The position numbers were made by a program, and so were the translations under genes. The notes below the pieces were generated by a model that saw only the letters and a list, made by a program, of their open reading frames with translations, ran no database searches and was not told the origin of the DNA. A DNA stretch of 64,000 nt, taken from contig OZ246395.1 in NCBI GenBank assembly GCA_965230915.1, positions 600,935 to 664,934 on the forward strand, read 5' to 3'. This DNA comes from an uncultured Candidatus Saccharibacteria bacterium. Its GTDB lineage: Bacteria; Patescibacteriota; WWE3; 2-01-FULL-39-13. This document shows, piece by piece, positions 60,344 to 64,000 of the stretch (positions within the stretch are counted from its first letter, which is position 1; each line of letters starts with the position of its first letter).

Positions 60344-61446
60344 TATGAGTTGTATAAATTAGTATACGCCTCCCAGAACTTTTCTATCGAGAACTTTTTT
60401 CCCTGATCTTTTTCTGCTTCTACATTAATATCTGAAAAATTTATTATTCTATCTTTTAAACTTATTGAATCCCCAACTTTAAAATAGGCAATCGCATCTT
60501 CACCAACATCTTTTAGCACATCAATATCGGAAGCAATAACTGGAACTCCAACTGACATTGCCTCTACTAAAGCAATTCCAAAACCTTCGGCAAATGATGG
60601 AAATACAAAACAATCGAACGAACTTAATATTTTGTTTTTGTCCGATTCTTGAAAATTGCCTAAAAAATGAACCCGATCTTGTATTCCATATTCTTGAGCC
60701 TTTAGCTGAATATCATTTTGCAGTGCCCCACTTCCGGCTAAAACCAAGACATATTTATCGTCACTAATTGATTTAAAAGCTTCTAATAAAACCATATGGC
60801 CTTTTTCTTCTGTGAATCTGGCAATATTACCAATTACTATTTTATTTTCATCAATGTTTAATCTAGTACGAATTACGTTTCGACCATCTTGATCAAATTT
60901 AAACTGTTTTAAATGAATTCCATTTGGAATAACTCTAATTTTATCTTGATTAATAAACTCTGCTTTTGCACGAATTGATTTTACGGACCGAGTTAATGCA
61001 ATAACATCTGTTGCAAAAACATTTCCAACCACTGCATTTGCAAATGTATTTATAGGTAATGCAAAATATTTTTTAACCTTTGAATATCTCCATTGTGTAA
61101 ATGAAGTATGCACATGATAAATTCTCTTTTTGCATTGAGATTTCGCAAGCCATCCACCGAATGTTGCAAGTGAACCTGTAAGAAGTTCGTGTGCATGCAA
61201 AATATCTATTTTCTCATCTTCAATTATTTTTCTGATTTTGTTTGAATATGTAAAATCGGCTTCAAACTTTGGAGATAAATTATAATGTTTCTTTGCCCCA
61301 GCTTTTAAATACTCTTCAACGAGTGGACCATTTGGGCACACTACATAAAATTCAAATCTATGTGAGAGACCTTCTATTATATCTAAAATATGTTTTTCAA
61401 CTCCCCCATATTGAGATGAGTGGTAACACATTAAAACCTTTTTCAT
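60343..61446 (-). CDS. GT4 glycosyltransferase
   Basis: PSFAEGFGIALVEAMSVGVPVIASDIDVLKDVGED (EX7E). N-terminus LMCYHSSQYGGVEKH. Confidence 0.85.
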   Translation of the reverse strand: MKKVLMCYHSSQYGGVEKHILDIIEGLSHRFEFYVVCPNGPLVEEYLKAGAKKHYNLSPKFEADFTYSNKIRKIIEDEKIDILHAHELLTGSLATFGGWLAKSQCKKRIYHVHTSFTQWRYSKVKKYFALPINTFANAVVGNVFATDVIALTRSVKSIRAKAEFINQDKIRVIPNGIHLKQFKFDQDGRNVIRTRLNIDENKIVIGNIARFTEEKGHMVLLEAFKSISDDKYVLVLAGSGALQNDIQLKAQEYGIQDRVHFLGNFQESDKNKILSSFDCFVFPSFAEGFGIALVEAMSVGVPVIASDIDVLKDVGEDAIAYFKVGDSISLKDRIINFSDINVEAEKDQGKKFSIEKFWEAYTNLYNS

Positions 61447-62696
61447 TTGCTAAGTTCTTCGGTAATTAATTTAAGCTGCCTATCGACTTTGCCACTCCAG
61501 CTGTTTTGCGCTGCCATTTTTTTACGCGCATTTTGCTTATCAATATTATCTTCTTCATACGCTCGCTTTATCATTGCTACAAATTCATCGTCGTTTTTTG
61601 CGATATATCCATCTGGATCAAAACCCTGATAAGCCGGCATATTCGTGACAATCGTCGGTAAACCAGCGGCTAGGCCTTCAAAATATTTAATCGGGAAACA
61701 TCCGCCTACCGTATATTTATTTAAATTATATGGAATAAAAAACACATCAAAATTATTAAAATATTCCGGAGTCTCAGCCCAAGGCTTCAAACCCAAAAAA
61801 TGAACATTTCCCATGCTTTTTAATTTCGTTAAATCTAAATCGGGATCAGAAACTTTTTCAGGTCCGATCATTACAAAATGAAAATCAGGCAATTCTTTGG
61901 CACATTTTTCAATTAATGGAATATTATTTTTGTAAGTATCTATAGCGCCGGTGAATCCCACGCGAGGATGTTTAATATTTTTTAAATCAGCCGGCTCTTC
62001 AAGTGTTCCACGAACAAAATCGAATTTTTCACTGACCGCAGCATTGGGCAAATAAGAAACAACCGGCTTCCATTTCATTAATTTAGTAACAAGCCCGGGA
62101 GCACTAGCAAAAACTAAATTTGCTTTTTTTGTTAGCCATTCTTCGCGATGCAAAACCCAGTCAACGCCTTGTAAACCATGTTGATTCAGTCTGATTTTTA
62201 GTTCATCATCAATATATTGAATCCATGAAATTACCGACGGATTAACTTTTTTTCGTTCAGAATATTCTGGAAATTCGGTATATTCATCGACGCAATCATA
62301 AACCATTAAATCGTGGCTAAGTTTATCTGAAAAATTTTCAAGATCAGGAAAATCAAAGTGATATATATACAGAATTCTTTTATAGACTTCCCCTTCGGCT
62401 TGAGTTTTTAAAATATTGTTTAAAACCAACGAATGATATGCTGTATTAACTATTGAAAATGGCCAAAAATTAAAAATATTCATTCCGCGATAAATCGTTA
62501 AATTATCGTTTTTCTTTTCGCCAAAAATAAATTTGTAATTTTTAAAAATATTCTTGAGTGCTTTAAACCTCAAAGGTGGATCAACGAAAATAACTTTGTG
62601 ACCTTTCTCTACTAATTGAGTTGCTACATGCCACTTGTTAGTTTTAAGTTCAAAATCAAATGGTTGGTTGGATAAAATAACAAATTGATATTTCAT
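61443..62696 (-). CDS. GT1/GT4-like glycosyltransferase
   Basis: 417 aa. The C-terminal region FFIPYNLNKYTVGGCFPIKYFEGLAAGLPTIVTNMP has a GT-B donor-binding fold pattern. Confidence 0.55.
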   Translation of the reverse strand: MKYQFVILSNQPFDFELKTNKWHVATQLVEKGHKVIFVDPPLRFKALKNIFKNYKFIFGEKKNDNLTIYRGMNIFNFWPFSIVNTAYHSLVLNNILKTQAEGEVYKRILYIYHFDFPDLENFSDKLSHDLMVYDCVDEYTEFPEYSERKKVNPSVISWIQYIDDELKIRLNQHGLQGVDWVLHREEWLTKKANLVFASAPGLVTKLMKWKPVVSYLPNAAVSEKFDFVRGTLEEPADLKNIKHPRVGFTGAIDTYKNNIPLIEKCAKELPDFHFVMIGPEKVSDPDLDLTKLKSMGNVHFLGLKPWAETPEYFNNFDVFFIPYNLNKYTVGGCFPIKYFEGLAAGLPTIVTNMPAYQGFDPDGYIAKNDDEFVAMIKRAYEEDNIDKQNARKKMAAQNSWSGKVDRQLKLITEELSK

Positions 62697-62697
62697 A

Positions 62698-64000
62698 TTA
62701 TTTAGCTTTGTTTAGTTTAAAAATATAATAGTAGTTAACTCCTGCAATTTTAATCGTATCATCTGGAGTCTTTAATGAGTATAAATTCTTATAATACTCA
62801 TTTCTTTCTGGCCTAAAGGCGGGCAATACAAGATAATCAGCCTGATTTCTTTCCTGTTCATTCTTAATATTTAGCACTTCGAATTCTGCAAATGGCCTTA
62901 GGTAATCAAAATCTGCGATTGCGATTTTAATAGTTTTATCTTTTCCAACTTGCTTTTCATTAAAATATTCTGCTACTTTATCATATCCGATTAACCATTT
63001 GGGCTCGATTATATATCTACCGTCTTCGACACCTCCAACTAATGGACTGTAGTATGCGAGATAATTTGGATGTAATCCATAAAACAATAACCCTCTAAAA
63101 ATTATTAACCCGATTATAAAAGCAATTAGTATTTTCCTTTTTATCATCTCAGAATAGAACCAGGCAGAGAGAATGCCCATCGAAAAAACAATCGGCAAAG
63201 AATATCTATCTAGCTTCTTAGAAACTACTGTAACCATTAATAAATAGAAAAATGCATATAGGCCGAGCGTAATATAAAACCCAATTTTTTTATCGTTGAA
63301 ATATTTTGTACGATTTTTGAATAGTAAATATATTGACCCAAGAAAGCCAATAACAAAAACAATCGAATACCTAGCAAAAAAAACAATCGGATAAAATAAT
63401 GGGCCTGGATCATCTGTTAATTGTCCAAACCAATAATGCTCATGGCCTTCTTCAATTGCAATTCCTTGAACACCTTTAAATAAGTATAAATTTATAGAGT
63501 CAATTGGAATCACCCACATTGCTGGCCAAAAAATAAAAAATGCCAAAATAGAAAAACCAAATGTTACGATAACTTTATAAATTGTCGTGAGATCTCTAAA
63601 TCTATAAAAATAGATTGCACTTATTAGTGCAAAAAATGGAATTAAGAATAGTGCCGAGCTTTTCGTAAGAAAAGCGAGGCCTGCAAATCCTCCTGCAAAT
63701 ACTGAATCAAATGTAATCAGCTTTTTATTTTCGCTCGTTATCAGACTATAAAAATATAAAACCGAAATAAACATAAACAGTGAAATCATTGCATCTGTAT
63801 GCAACGCGCGAGCTAATGCCAAATAAAATGGCTCAATCGAAACTAACAACACCGCAAATAATGCTAGCTTTATACCTACGATTTTTCTTAGTTTATGATA
63901 AGCAATTGTTATTAAAACGGAAGTTAACACAACTACTACAGTTGCTTGGATCTGATTATTTATTAAAAATTCGTGCCTCGAATCAGGTGTTGCTAAAATG
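62698..64000 (-). CDS. GT-C-type (ArnT/PMT-like) polytopic membrane glycosyltransferase, N-terminus beyond the window edge
   Basis: The frame stays open past the listed GTG at 63930 through to base 64000. Multiple TM segments, then a ~120-aa C-terminal soluble domain. Confidence 0.5.
   Translation of the reverse strand, partial: ILATPDSRHEFLINNQIQATVVVVLTSVLITIAYHKLRKIVGIKLALFAVLLVSIEPFYLALARALHTDAMISLFMFISVLYFYSLITSENKKLITFDSVFAGGFAGLAFLTKSSALFLIPFFALISAIYFYRFRDLTTIYKVIVTFGFSILAFFIFWPAMWVIPIDSINLYLFKGVQGIAIEEGHEHYWFGQLTDDPGPLFYPIVFFARYSIVFVIGFLGSIYLLFKNRTKYFNDKKIGFYITLGLYAFFYLLMVTVVSKKLDRYSLPIVFSMGILSAWFYSEMIKRKILIAFIIGLIIFRGLLFYGLHPNYLAYYSPLVGGVEDGRYIIEPKWLIGYDKVAEYFNEKQVGKDKTIKIAIADFDYLRPFAEFEVLNIKNEQERNQADYLVLPAFRPERNEYYKNLYSLKTPDDTIKIAGVNYYYIFKLNKAK

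Noticed and set aside
1-64000. CRISPR arrays, transposases, integrases, phage genes, tRNA/rRNA genes
   Set aside because: No spaced direct-repeat arrays. No ORF with DDE-transposase or integrase motifs. The intergenic regions are short, and all of them above about 100 nt are accounted for by T-box leaders or promoters. No tRNA-like cloverleaf candidates were noticed by eye, although a tRNA scan was not possible.

Overview
This is a gene-dense, AT-rich bacterial chromosomal segment (roughly 33% GC by eye) with no CRISPR array and no transposase, integrase or phage genes. The likely source is a low-GC Gram-positive-like or candidate-phyla-radiation-like bacterium.

First ~21 kb: housekeeping and division genes.
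- ileS, with a T-box riboswitch leader and an intrinsic terminator hairpin upstream.
- A compact division/cell-wall cluster on the minus strand: mraZ-rsmH-ftsL-[frameshifted SAM methyltransferase]-ftsI-[divergent MurA-like]-(ECF sigma on the opposite strand)-ftsW-murG-ftsQ-ftsA-ftsZ. None of the mur ligase genes, mraY or ddl is present in the cluster.
- NUDIX and MazG hydrolases.
- glyQS, with a compact T-box leader shared with a divergent recO.

From ~21.9 kb to the window end (more than 42 kb): one very large glycan-assembly locus.
- A DUF4012 protein paired with a PglC-like initiating phosphoglycosyltransferase.
- At least 14 GT2/GT4 glycosyltransferases.
- A GT11 alpha-1,2-fucosyltransferase, four methyltransferase genes (one with tandem domains), a CgeB-like protein and a FemAB-like transferase.
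- A polysaccharide-deacetylase-like/GT2 fusion.
- A Wzx-like flippase and a DPM1-like polyprenyl-phosphate sugar synthase.
- At least seven large polytopic GT-C-type membrane proteins. These include a tandem pair of Wzy_C (O-antigen-ligase/PglL-like) proteins, one of which is fused to an ArnT/PMT-like GT-C domain.

The most interesting candidate is this two-compartment glycosylation system: cytoplasmic lipid-linked oligosaccharide assembly followed by extracytoplasmic elaboration and transfer. The unusual ligase-GT-C fusions are the novel element.

All calls come from reading the translations and sequence by eye. No database search was run.
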